Shown piece after piece: positions 50,041 through 60,015 of a DNA stretch of 64,000 bases. The position numbers and the translations under genes are program-made. Location: the IMG/VR virus record IMGVR_UViG_2904156775_000002, positions 11,714 to 75,713 of that record; one strand, written 5' to 3'. How positions within the stretch are numbered: the stretch's first letter is position 1; the number at the start of each line of letters is the position of its first letter. Source of the stretch: a virus. Lineage: Duplodnaviria; Caudoviricetes. Under the pieces are notes generated by a model. That model was not told the origin of the DNA. It worked only from the letters and a program-made list of their open reading frames with translations, and searched no databases.

Positions 50041-50069
50041 ATTTTATCTATGAAAAGTACAAGAGTCAA
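50041..50069 (-). promoter_or_regulatory. Sigma-A promoter of element 2
   Basis: TTGACT-17 nt-TAAAAT on the minus strand. Confidence 0.75.
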
Positions 50070-50161
50070 CCTCTTTTATTGAATATCGCCAAGTATGTAT
50101 TACTTTCTTGTACAAAAATTGTTGTACTTCACATCGATTTGTTCAGGTCAGAGTGCAAAAA

Positions 50162-50189
50162 AAGGATAGCTATCATGATAGCTATCCTT
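50162..50189 (-). terminator. 28-bp perfect palindrome, probably a terminator insulating element 2
   Basis: aaggatagctatcatgatagctatcctt; T run follows on the minus strand. Confidence 0.55.
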
Positions 50190-50677
50190 ATCTGACACTT
50201 TTTAATTTTGATCGTAACATCCCTTGGCTCCAATCTACTTTTCCCGACCTTCTCCATTCGGAAATTCTTCAATAGGTAATAGTTCAAATAATGTTCGATT
50301 GCTGCAAACATCTTTTCCTTGAACGTCTATACTAGTCGAGGGTATACGAGTACTTCATTTCTTCAAATATTCGAACTTCTAAATCTATAGAATGGTTAAT
50401 AAAAGGCTAAAAAATTTAGTATCCTACATCTTTAGGAATGGCATCCGGCCATGTCCACATAGAAAGATATACATATTCTTCGATGTCATTTGAGCAGTTT
50501 CAATCATATAAATTTCTGGAAGGATAACTGTATTTACTCCATCGAGCGCGCGACAGTTGTATCATGTTTCAGCTCCCAGCCGAAATCCAAACACACCAAA
50601 ACGGCGTCCGGACCTTTAATGGTTCGGACGCCGTTTCTTTTTGTCGCTTCACTCCGGCTTCGGCCGGCCGGAAGCGT

Positions 50678-53600
50678 CTATTCGTCCATCAGCTTCATCT
50701 CAAGCAGAACTCGCTTCAGCACAACAACCGCTTCGGCGCGGGTCGCCCGGTCATTTGGCGCAAAGACGACCTCCGTTTTGCCTTGCATAATGCCCCGCTT
50801 CACGACGTATTCGACCGCATTCCTGGCCCATACGCCGATCCGATCCCGGTCGCCGAACTTGTCGGCTGCCCCGTCCGCCGCGCCGCCGGCGCCCAGCGCA
50901 TTCGCCGCCATCACCGCCATCTGCTCACGGGTGATCGTATCGTTCGGCCGGAAGCTTCCATCACCGAAGCCAGAGATTAAGCCGAGCTCCGCCGCAATCG
51001 ACACTTCGCGATAGAACCAGTCCGACGCCTTCACATCACTGAAGTCCGCACTGCCGCCGATGCCGGCCCGGAGTCCCAGCGCGCGCACTAGCAGCGCCGC
51101 AAATTCAGCGCGGGTGATGGCATCCTGCGGTGCGAAGCGATCCTCGGACTTGCCGAATACGATCCGCTTCGAGGAGAGCTGCTCAATGCTGGCTCGCGCC
51201 CAATGCCCCTCCATGTCGGCGAACGTCTTGGCACCCTGAACCACAACATAGATGCTGTTGCCTGGGCTCATGATCGTCGCTGTCGTGCTTTCATCCTCCG
51301 AAGAGAACAGAGCCGGTACGTAGCGGAACTCCCTTGTGCCCGGATCATAGATCATGGCCGCAGATGTCGCCGGGTTCAACCTTCCGTCTACCGTAATCGT
51401 GCGTGTCATGTATGTCCGCCCGAAGCCGTTCAGCTCCTGCAGGCTGTCGCCACGCTTCAGATACAGACGGAACTGCACCGGCTCTCCCGCAAGCTCAAGC
51501 CCGGCCGCCCGCGCCTGTGACGCGATTTCATCGCGAAGCTGTGCTGTGACGCCTTCCATTTTCAAGATCAGCGTGCCATCCGCTTCTGTGCCGCCCTCCT
51601 TGACGTACGGAGCAATCAGCCTCATGAAGTCGACTGGCAGCACGTAGCTGGCTCTGCCCGACTTCGCAACGACCGATGCGTCCGGATTTTGCACCGCCGC
51701 TGCCCGAAGTGCCGCAATCGACAGCTCCGCGACGCCTTGCGAATCGACGGACAGCTCGATGACCGGCAGCTTGCCCGCTGCGCCTTCGCTCAGCCTTCTA
51801 TCATTATCAGCCGAGCTTCCCGGCAGCTCGGTCGGTCCGCCCGTTCCGGAACCTTGCCCCGGTCCCTCCGGTCTATCCGACAGCCGATGGATCCGGAAGG
51901 CGTCTCCCGCTGCATTGTTGATTGTCCCGAACTTCGTATGGCGGATGATGACATTTTTGAAATTAATCGCGCCTTTAACCGTCGAGCCGACCTCTATGCC
52001 GGTCAGTCCGGCTCCATCGATGACCATATCCTCTACTGTCACCTTAGCGCGCTCGCTGCTTACGGATCCCAGCGTCTTGGCGCCGCCGATGGACAAGCCA
52101 TGGTATGTGCTGTCGAGCGCCGTATTGTGGCGAATGATGACTTCGCTGTCAATATCGCGATCATAGGCGTATATCCAAATTGCACCTGTGCTGTAGCCCG
52201 CGCCGGGGTCGTTGCTGCCTGTGCGGATCAGCGTATTCCGCTCCACAACGAACGTGCCCTCGTACGGCGTAGGCGTGAACTTCGTCGATACGCTGATGCC
52301 TGAACCGTGGGTAACCGTGTCCAGCACAATATTGTCCTGAACCTTATGGTTTTTGCCGCCAAAAACAATGATGTTGTTGGCCAGCCACGGCAGCTGCACT
52401 GTATTGAAACGGTACGTGTTGTTTTCTGTGTAGTCGGTCGGCACGTTCTCCACGAAAGACCACATTGCCATACCATCGTCGCCGGGATACCGGATGTTCA
52501 TATGCTCGGCCATGCTGTTTTTCGTGTTTACGGCGAAATTCATGCCGTCCGCCATGACGTTGCGAATACGCGAGCCAGCGATATAGAATTCATCCGTATA
52601 CAGGTCGGTATTGAACGTGTAGCCGCCTTTGTTGATCGGACGTGTGAGCCACAGCCCGGTCTTCGTGTGCTCAATCCACACGTTCTGGACCGTCGAACCG
52701 GGACCAAACGCCCCTTCAAACCCGTTCGTCTGCGCAATGTCGTCGCGCACGCTGATTTTTCCATCGATGAACAGATCGAATACGCCGATATTGCTGCCGT
52801 TGCCAAAAAACTTCGCTCCGTTCAGAATCGTATGCCATTTGCCCGCTCCGCGGATCGTCACGTTGTCGAGTATCAGCAGTCCGTCGCCAACCTCAAACGT
52901 GCCTTCCGGCACCCAGACGCCTTTTCCCGCAGACTTCGCGGCTTCCATCGCGGCTTTGAACGCCTCCGTATCATCCAAGCCGTCATCCGCTACAGCGCCG
53001 AACTCAGCAATCGACAGGAAGCCCTCCGGCATCTCCAGCGCAGGTCCCGCCTGCTCCAGATCAACCAGGTCGATAATATAGTACTCTGCTGCGTCTGACT
53101 CCCGCACTTCCAGCCTGACGATGGATCCCGCCGGAATCTGTCCGATGATCGCCCGCGCGTCGTCATAGAAGCGATGCGCGCTTCCTTGCTTCGGATCGTT
53201 CGACCACGGATAGTTGCCGTATACCCAAGCATAAGCCGAGTTCAAATCCAGCTCAGCGCGCAACTGTCCGTCAACGTAAACGCCGATCGTTGCTTCAATG
53301 CCTCCGCCTGTCGGCGCATCCGGGATTGAGTAACGGACGACGATCGAATCGGCGTCCTTGGCCGCTTCGAACTCCACGTAATGCCCCGTCTCGCTCAGCC
53401 TGACTGCTTGCCGCCCGGATGCCTCCGACGCCACGTCCAGATAGACGCGGGACGGTCCCAGCAGCGAGCCGTTGGTCGCCATATGCTCCGCTTCATATGT
53501 CGTATACGGCAGAGTAGCGCCGCGATAGTCCAAATTGACGTTGTCTTGCACCACGACGGCATCAACCAGCGCTTGCCCCGTCCCGGTATCCGCTGCTGTC

Positions 53601-56600
53601 CGTTCCAGACTGACGGAGTTGTAGCCCTCACGCAGCGGCAGGGTAACGGACAATTCCCGCCATACGCCGCTTCCGGTTGGCGCAAGCTGCAATTGTCCTG
53701 CGTCCAAGCCGTTTACCTTCAAAGTCAGCGTTTGCGCAGTAACGGACGGATTGCTGTACCGGATCGCAGCTTTGTACTCACCGTCCTCCTGCCCGTTCAC
53801 CGCCATTATTGTCCGCGCGCCCGTCTTGCTGAAGCCTGACGCGTAGCCGGCTGCTCCCGCAGCTCCCGACGTTACCGCAACGCCGCCGGAGACGAATGCT
53901 TTTTCCGCTTCGTAACGAACAGTACCTGCCACCGGATCAAGCGTCCAGCGGGAGGCATCATCGCCAGGAGTGCCATATTGCACCGTTTCGCCGTTTTGCC
54001 GCAGCTGCTGGCCGCTCAGCAATACGCTGACGATCTCTTCGTAGCCCAGAATCTCGCGAATATTCCATTGCGCACCAAGTCCGATAGGCGACGATCCGCC
54101 GACGCTTGTCGTTACTTCGGAGCCGACGGATGACACCATGAGCAAACGGCCGCTTGCCCGGTTCTTGAACAGCTTGTGGCCGTTATAGTCCTGTATCAGC
54201 CAATGGGCCTGCGGGTCGTCCACCGATGCCGCAGCCTTTGCCGGAATCGCCTTGCCGCCTCGCTCTAACAGCAGCTCGCCCGTTGCCTTGTTGATCAGAC
54301 GCACATAGTTCGAATCGTCGAAGATCGCCGTTGCCGCATTAAGCTGAGGCTCCTCCGGCCATTCCGGCGTCACTGCCTCTGCCGGCGCCGTCTCGAACGT
54401 CCAATGCAGGCTTGGACTCGAAATCAGATGAAGGCCGCGCTCTGGATAACCCAGTGACGAAGCCGTATTCAAATATTCATCCGAATAGCCAGGCATCAAG
54501 CTCCGGAGCATAAAATCGTCTCCAATCGGAGCCCCTTCCACGATCCATTGCGAATTGCCGGCGATGACGCCGCTTGCCGTCGCTTCGGCATATTTGTAGT
54601 CCGGCGTCAGGGATAGGTACATACCGGTCGCGCGGTTTTTAATCCGCTGCGTGCCGTCGCCGCTCTCCAGCAGCCAATGCGAATAAGCATTGTCAGCCGC
54701 AGGTTCGCCATATACGACCACGTTTTTGTCCGATTGCAGCAAATATTGCCCGTTTGCGGCATTTTTGATCCGGATATAATTGGCCGGCAGCAGCAGTTGA
54801 TCCGCCGGTACGCCTTCCATAACGAATTGAATGTCGTCATCACCGGGTTGCGGATTCTCGACCTGCTGTACATGGCCGAGCTCATCCTTGGTTGAGAGGA
54901 AGCGCCAAGGATTCCATACGTTATTGAACTGCACATATCCGGCTGTCGCCGCGTCTTCGATCATCCATTTGGGACTCGCCGATCCCCATTCCATCTCAAA
55001 ATGCTCGACGCTGATCGCCGACGCCGGGTTGTCACGGTCCATAAATTCAATATTAATGTAATGGCCGGTTGCGCGGTTGCGGACATATTGCGCTCCGTCT
55101 CCGGCATCCTCCATGAACCAGTGCGTACGGGAATCGGAGGCGTCCAGATCGCCGTAGCGAAGCTCCTTATCCTGCTCATACCAGTAACCGCTTGCGCTTT
55201 TGCTTTTGATTCGCACATACGGGGACATGTTCGGCGCGTTTTCGAACGCAAACCATTTGCTGTCCTCCGCTTCCGGGGACGTCAATTGCGCGGAGCGAAT
55301 ACGCTGCAGATGGCCAAGACCATCCTGGTTCGTCAAATAATGATCGTTTGTCCAGCCGTTCTTGAACGCTTGGAGCTCTCCGTTTTCCTCCACGATCCAT
55401 TTGTGGCTGCTCCACGCCGCATCCACCTCGATGACGCGAACAGCCATGTCCGCATTCTCAATCTCGGATTCGTCCGAACCCGACGGCTGCATCGACACGT
55501 AATGTCCCGTAGCCCGGTTGCGGATGACCTTGCGCCCGCCGTCCGATTCCTCCACCAGCCAATGCGACAGAAAATCGGTGTCGGCCGGATCGCCGTATTT
55601 TACTACGCCATGGTCCTCATACCAATAGTCGCCCGTCGTATTGTTTTTAATGCGCACATAAGACACGGCATCATCCGCAACGGCCACAAACTGCCATTTT
55701 GGGCTGCCCCAGTTCGGATTGATGGCGCTGTATTCCGCGTATTTGGTCAAGTTTTGCAAATTGATATACGCCTGTTCGCCGGAATCGTTGTTCAGGTCCT
55801 GCGCGCTCCAGATGTTTTTGCCGCCGCCGTTATCCTTAATGCGCCACAGCACGCCAAGCAGCTGCTCGTCGGTCAACGTCTCGATATCCAGTGCCGACAA
55901 CGGCAAATGGCCGGTCGTCTGATTCAGCACGTTCAAATAATGGCCGGTCTCGCGGTTCTGGATCAGACTGCGGCCGTTGTAGCGCGTCACAATCCATTCG
56001 GCGCGTTGGTCGCCAGGTCTTGCGTTGCCGTATTTCAACACTCCATTGCCATCTTCGTACAAATACATGTTTTGCCATACATTGCGGATTTGCACGATCT
56101 GCGGGTCTCCACCCGCGCTTGCGGCCGGGTCCTCTACGTACCACTGAGCATCGCTGCCCGCGGGATCGACCTCTCCCGATTGGGCGAAGCCCATTGCGTC
56201 TCCGACATGGATGTAATGGCCGGACCGGATCACGCTTTCCAGGCTTACAAAATTATCATATAGAGGCGATTCGTTCAGCCGCCATTGTCCCGCTCCGCCT
56301 TCATCCGCCAGCACCTCCAGCGGATCTTCGGCAGCTCCGATATTTTCGGGCGAAATATAGAGCCCGGACTGCAAATTGCGAACTCTTTTGCTTCCGTTGT
56401 AATCCTCTATGATCCATTGGTAAGCGGCGCTGTCCGCCTCCAGCGTCCCGTATCTCACCAGTCCCTGATCCTCAAACAAATAAATCTTACTGTTCTCGTC
56501 GCCGATGTCCCGATAGTTGACGAGCCTGACCGGCTGGACGGCGGGAGCGACTTCGATTCGCCACTGTGCATTGTCATTGCCGGCATTCGACCAGTTGTTA

Positions 56601-57574
56601 GATCGGACAAATATGTCATCGAACTGCGTGTTCAGCACGTATGTCCCTTGCGGAATCTCCTCCGGCGAGTCTTCCCCCGTTTCGGCCGCATATACGTTCG
56701 TGAAGGTGACGTAACCCGTGTTCGAGACGGGCGACATCACCCATTGGTTTTTGGAGCTTGCATCCCAGGTCTTTCCTGCGATCGCCGCCCAGTGCGTACC
56801 TTGTGTGATCACATGATTCGTAAGCGCGTTGCGGAGCTCGACCGTCGCACCCCCGTCTCCGTTATCCGCTACCTCATGCACGTACCAGTGGGATGCCGCA
56901 TCGTGGTAAGCGATATCGCCGTATGCGATTTTCCCCTTGTCCTCTCCCTCTTCCGTCACTTCGTAGAGATAAGCTTGCTGGGATTTGTTGTAAATCCGCA
57001 CAGCCTGCTCCGTCGGCGCCGTCTCAAACGACCATTGCGGGCTTTCCCATTCCGCGCCGATATCGCCGCTTACCTGGGCGTAACCAAGCTGATCCTCCTC
57101 GTGGATAAAATATGTGCCGCCCGTAAACTTTTCGCTGCGGATCGTGAATTGACCCGCGCGGTTGACCGCCGGCTCCACGATCCAAGCCGTCTCGCCCCCA
57201 TCTGCGGTTGACGCCGTTGTCAGCGCGCTAGTGCGTCCGGCAATGTCCGCGACAGATATGTATTGTCCTGACGCACGGTTGCGAATAGACTTGGAACCGC
57301 TTCCATTTATCCCCTCCTCAATCGCCCAATGCGAGTTGGCATCGGTAGCCGACGTGAAGCCGTAACGGACGATACCGCTTTCATCCTCGTACAAATAATG
57401 GCCTGTCCACTTGTTTTTGATGCGCACGAACTCGCCTGCCGGCTCCGGGCCCTGTGCTGCCCAGACTGTGTCATCTCCGCCGAACGGCACCATTGGCCCG
57501 GCAGCCAACGTAGACAGCAGCATGACAATCGCCAGCAATAGCGATATCGGTTTTCTCTTGTGTAGCATCAACAT
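50678..57574 (-). CDS. Cell-surface GH87 alpha-1,3-glucanase/mycodextranase-like enzyme with 8 ricin-like beta-trefoil repeats, CBM6/35-like module and 3 SLH domains
   Basis: GATLPYTTYEAE...SEASGRQAVRL, HRFYDD, VWIEHTKTGLW, ADGMNF, GDDGMAMWS; RYEAE CBM; SLH repeats; ATG at 57574 after ggaggt. Confidence 0.85.
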   Translation of the reverse strand: MLMLHKRKPISLLLAIVMLLSTLAAGPMVPFGGDDTVWAAQGPEPAGEFVRIKNKWTGHYLYEDESGIVRYGFTSATDANSHWAIEEGINGSGSKSIRNRASGQYISVADIAGRTSALTTASTADGGETAWIVEPAVNRAGQFTIRSEKFTGGTYFIHEEDQLGYAQVSGDIGAEWESPQWSFETAPTEQAVRIYNKSQQAYLYEVTEEGEDKGKIAYGDIAYHDAASHWYVHEVADNGDGGATVELRNALTNHVITQGTHWAAIAGKTWDASSKNQWVMSPVSNTGYVTFTNVYAAETGEDSPEEIPQGTYVLNTQFDDIFVRSNNWSNAGNDNAQWRIEVAPAVQPVRLVNYRDIGDENSKIYLFEDQGLVRYGTLEADSAAYQWIIEDYNGSKRVRNLQSGLYISPENIGAAEDPLEVLADEGGAGQWRLNESPLYDNFVSLESVIRSGHYIHVGDAMGFAQSGEVDPAGSDAQWYVEDPAASAGGDPQIVQIRNVWQNMYLYEDGNGVLKYGNARPGDQRAEWIVTRYNGRSLIQNRETGHYLNVLNQTTGHLPLSALDIETLTDEQLLGVLWRIKDNGGGKNIWSAQDLNNDSGEQAYINLQNLTKYAEYSAINPNWGSPKWQFVAVADDAVSYVRIKNNTTGDYWYEDHGVVKYGDPADTDFLSHWLVEESDGGRKVIRNRATGHYVSMQPSGSDESEIENADMAVRVIEVDAAWSSHKWIVEENGELQAFKNGWTNDHYLTNQDGLGHLQRIRSAQLTSPEAEDSKWFAFENAPNMSPYVRIKSKSASGYWYEQDKELRYGDLDASDSRTHWFMEDAGDGAQYVRNRATGHYINIEFMDRDNPASAISVEHFEMEWGSASPKWMIEDAATAGYVQFNNVWNPWRFLSTKDELGHVQQVENPQPGDDDIQFVMEGVPADQLLLPANYIRIKNAANGQYLLQSDKNVVVYGEPAADNAYSHWLLESGDGTQRIKNRATGMYLSLTPDYKYAEATASGVIAGNSQWIVEGAPIGDDFMLRSLMPGYSDEYLNTASSLGYPERGLHLISSPSLHWTFETAPAEAVTPEWPEEPQLNAATAIFDDSNYVRLINKATGELLLERGGKAIPAKAAASVDDPQAHWLIQDYNGHKLFKNRASGRLLMVSSVGSEVTTSVGGSSPIGLGAQWNIREILGYEEIVSVLLSGQQLRQNGETVQYGTPGDDASRWTLDPVAGTVRYEAEKAFVSGGVAVTSGAAGAAGYASGFSKTGARTIMAVNGQEDGEYKAAIRYSNPSVTAQTLTLKVNGLDAGQLQLAPTGSGVWRELSVTLPLREGYNSVSLERTAADTGTGQALVDAVVVQDNVNLDYRGATLPYTTYEAEHMATNGSLLGPSRVYLDVASEASGRQAVRLSETGHYVEFEAAKDADSIVVRYSIPDAPTGGGIEATIGVYVDGQLRAELDLNSAYAWVYGNYPWSNDPKQGSAHRFYDDARAIIGQIPAGSIVRLEVRESDAAEYYIIDLVDLEQAGPALEMPEGFLSIAEFGAVADDGLDDTEAFKAAMEAAKSAGKGVWVPEGTFEVGDGLLILDNVTIRGAGKWHTILNGAKFFGNGSNIGVFDLFIDGKISVRDDIAQTNGFEGAFGPGSTVQNVWIEHTKTGLWLTRPINKGGYTFNTDLYTDEFYIAGSRIRNVMADGMNFAVNTKNSMAEHMNIRYPGDDGMAMWSFVENVPTDYTENNTYRFNTVQLPWLANNIIVFGGKNHKVQDNIVLDTVTHGSGISVSTKFTPTPYEGTFVVERNTLIRTGSNDPGAGYSTGAIWIYAYDRDIDSEVIIRHNTALDSTYHGLSIGGAKTLGSVSSERAKVTVEDMVIDGAGLTGIEVGSTVKGAINFKNVIIRHTKFGTINNAAGDAFRIHRLSDRPEGPGQGSGTGGPTELPGSSADNDRRLSEGAAGKLPVIELSVDSQGVAELSIAALRAAAVQNPDASVVAKSGRASYVLPVDFMRLIAPYVKEGGTEADGTLILKMEGVTAQLRDEIASQARAAGLELAGEPVQFRLYLKRGDSLQELNGFGRTYMTRTITVDGRLNPATSAAMIYDPGTREFRYVPALFSSEDESTTATIMSPGNSIYVVVQGAKTFADMEGHWARASIEQLSSKRIVFGKSEDRFAPQDAITRAEFAALLVRALGLRAGIGGSADFSDVKASDWFYREVSIAAELGLISGFGDGSFRPNDTITREQMAVMAANALGAGGAADGAADKFGDRDRIGVWARNAVEYVVKRGIMQGKTEVVFAPNDRATRAEAVVVLKRVLLEMKLMDE

Positions 57575-57788
57575 TTTCCAAGACCTCCTATTTTGTGAGC
57601 TAACCTCATTATAGGATAAGATCCCGGCTGCTATGATTGGCGTTATTAAGGGGAATATGTGCGTTTTTACGGAAATGGGGCTCAATGGCGAAAAAAGGAT
57701 ATCTTATTCTCATTTGACGGGTGAGCTGGTACAATGAATATAACTTTCATCTCTTCCAACCCATTTCTACCAATAAAGGGGCCGTGTT

Positions 57789-57986
57789 ATGAAGCAAATA
57801 AATCGTCAAATCGTGTCGGATCATGATTTCGAGAGAATGCGCGTCTTCTCCCAACTTATCGCCGTGTACCGTGACAACGAGCTGCTGGACGGCAATATTC
57901 GGATCGTCACCCATAGCGAGCACTCCGTAACCTGCGACAACGATATCACTTATATCAAGACGAACCACCAGTTTTACCGTTTGTAG
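57789..57986 (+). CDS. Small hypothetical protein
   Basis: 65 aa, RBS aagggg, upstream TGnTACAAT extended -10. Confidence 0.5.
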   Translation: MKQINRQIVSDHDFERMRVFSQLIAVYRDNELLDGNIRIVTHSEHSVTCDNDITYIKTNHQFYRL

Positions 57987-58199
57987 GCGGTAATTGTCTG
58001 CCTTGCACGCACTAAGACATAAGTTTTTGACTCTTCAACTTAGAAATTGATACAACGATAGCAGAGGACGTGAAAAAAAAGTCCTAGACTATCGCAGTTT
58101 CATTAAGCTCCCTCGAAATGATTCAGTTTCCTCACTCAGACTCATGAATTCCAGGATTTCATCCTGTAGTTATAATGAAGAAGAGGATGTGGGAGGAGT

Positions 58200-58477
58200 C
58201 GGGGGCGAACAGACGTAAAAATGGGCATGCGGGAATAAAGGTGAATGCTGTACCACCCATATTGTTCCATTATGCGCACGTCTCCACGTCGCCCTAGCGA
58301 TTCTCGCTCCCATGTCTCAACGGGTCATAGCCCTTTCATTCCTTCGTCACATCTAACTACGGGGTGGAGGTCGGTCTTTCTAACGGAACGGGTCCGAGCC
58401 CTTTTGCGTAACGTCTCCCGATACTCCGTACTTCTTGTAATCCTGCGAATGCTTGAGCTGGTGAGGGTCGACTGCGC
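58200..58477 (-). ncRNA. Putative IS110 bridge RNA (boundaries approximate)
   Basis: Duplicated AAAGGGCTnnGACCCGTT motif, each copy followed by a junction-matching segment. Confidence 0.55.
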
Positions 58478-59743
58478 TTAGGCAGCCTGCGGGAAAACTC
58501 TGGTTGAATCGTAAGCTTCGCTACTCTTAGCCAGACCGACTAACAGACGAGCTACCTTACTGCATAATTTCATGATGGATTTCATCTTCTTTAGCTTCTT
58601 TTCCTCCACATTGTAACGATGTAAAGCCCGAATTTCGGGGTTCGTCATAACCATACACATGGTCATTAGATACAGAAAATGACGCAGACGTGGACGCCCA
58701 CGTTTGCTGAGTACCATCTTCCCTCGCCATTTCCCAGAACTAGCCTCCGCTAGATTTAGTCCAGCATGCCGAAGCAGTGCATTTCCATGCGAAAAGCCGC
58801 TTAGATCACCGCTCTCACCAAGAACACCAGCAAGACACGTAGCACTGACGCCTCGTATTTCAAGCAGCTTCTTTGCGTAAGGGATGCGTTTAAGAATGCT
58901 GTTCAGCTCATACTCAATCTGTTCAAGCTGACTCTGGGCCAGGTCATATTCTTCTAGCAAATGGCCAAGATGAAGCTTGTATGCGTGGAGGGCCTGAGTG
59001 GTGCCAACACTAGATTTTGCAAGTGTAATGAGCAGTTCAGCACGTTTAACGCCAGCATGACGCTTCACGTATTGCTTCCAACCTGTTAAAATCTGTTCAG
59101 TACTTAACTGACGGATGTCGCTTGGCAAAGGAAAGAGTCTGAGTGTTGCAATTGCACTGGTGCAGGTAAGGATTTTGAAGACCTGACACAGTTCAGGGAA
59201 AACAATGTCTACCCAACGATGAATCTGGTTAACTGCACTGTTCAAGCGCTTAGTAACCGTCTCGCGGTTTGCCATGAGAATACGTAGCTCCTCGTAGGCT
59301 TCAGGATGAAAACGAACGGGGGAGTAGTACCCGTTTTTGATCATATCTGCGATGACCAGCGCGTCCTTGCGATCACTTTTTGAAGGCGTATTGTCCCGGT
59401 TTTCCTTGTTCTTTTTGACGAGATGAGGATTAACTAGAACAGACTCAATTCCCTGCTCGATGAGCCAGCGTGCTAGACTGAACCAGTAGTGGCCGGTCGG
59501 CTCCATGCCAACGATGATGCTGCTCAGACTGTGGGTCTTGAGCAGATCCTGTACCCAACGCTCGAACAACTTGAATCCTTCGCGATGGTTGCCGAACTCG
59601 AGGGGAGCGCCTAAAGCAATCCCACGGAAGCTGACAGCCCGGGCAACATGGGTTTCCTGAGCGATGTCGACGCCAATGACTAGATGTTGAACGGTAATGT
59701 TTTCAATGAGTTGATTTTGCTTGTCCTGTGCCTTAAACTTCAT
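58478..59743 (-). CDS. IS110-family transposase (DEDD recombinase)
   Basis: VIGVDIA, GMEPTGHYW, KSDRKDA, AGLNL...SSGK...SKRGRPRLR. Confidence 0.95.
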   Translation of the reverse strand: MKFKAQDKQNQLIENITVQHLVIGVDIAQETHVARAVSFRGIALGAPLEFGNHREGFKLFERWVQDLLKTHSLSSIIVGMEPTGHYWFSLARWLIEQGIESVLVNPHLVKKNKENRDNTPSKSDRKDALVIADMIKNGYYSPVRFHPEAYEELRILMANRETVTKRLNSAVNQIHRWVDIVFPELCQVFKILTCTSAIATLRLFPLPSDIRQLSTEQILTGWKQYVKRHAGVKRAELLITLAKSSVGTTQALHAYKLHLGHLLEEYDLAQSQLEQIEYELNSILKRIPYAKKLLEIRGVSATCLAGVLGESGDLSGFSHGNALLRHAGLNLAEASSGKWRGKMVLSKRGRPRLRHFLYLMTMCMVMTNPEIRALHRYNVEEKKLKKMKSIMKLCSKVARLLVGLAKSSEAYDSTRVFPQAA

Positions 59744-60015
59744 AGTAGAGCGACCTCCTGATGGGCTTTTTGAGGCATTGACCTCGTGCGTAACCCCATC
59801 TTACTGGAGGCGCTCGTTTTTGTTCAAACGCCAAATTTTTCGTTTTACAGGAATTCTAACGAGTTATACTCGGATCGTAGAACCCGAGAATTTCTTTATC
59901 GATTAAAGCTTAGTTTTACGGTGTCAGCTTACATGTTGGCGAAAGCATCGGCATTTTACTCATGCAAACATAGAGAGCAGGCATCATTAAGGTGCCTGCT
60001 CTCTCCTATGACCTC

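Larger units (their letters stand above)
34393..50069 (-). mobile_element. Element 2: capsid-less phage tail operon (tailocin-like, domesticated prophage)
   Basis: Regulators, portal, scaffold, neck, tail, TMP, Dit, fibre and Tal genes; no terminase, major capsid, integrase or lysis genes. Confidence 0.8.
58108..59857 (-). mobile_element. IS110-family insertion sequence
   Basis: Transposase with short 5' and long 3' non-coding ends; CT dinucleotide at both inferred junctions (58108-58109, 59856-59857). Confidence 0.8.

Noticed and set aside
50190-50600. Possible degraded gene in AT-rich DNA between element 2 and the GH87 gene
   Set aside because: Multiple stops in the frames examined and no recognisable family
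50490-57614. Many long plus-strand ORFs (e.g. 55001-56263, 56285-57211)
   Set aside because: Antisense shadows of the GC-rich GH87 gene with no recognisable motifs
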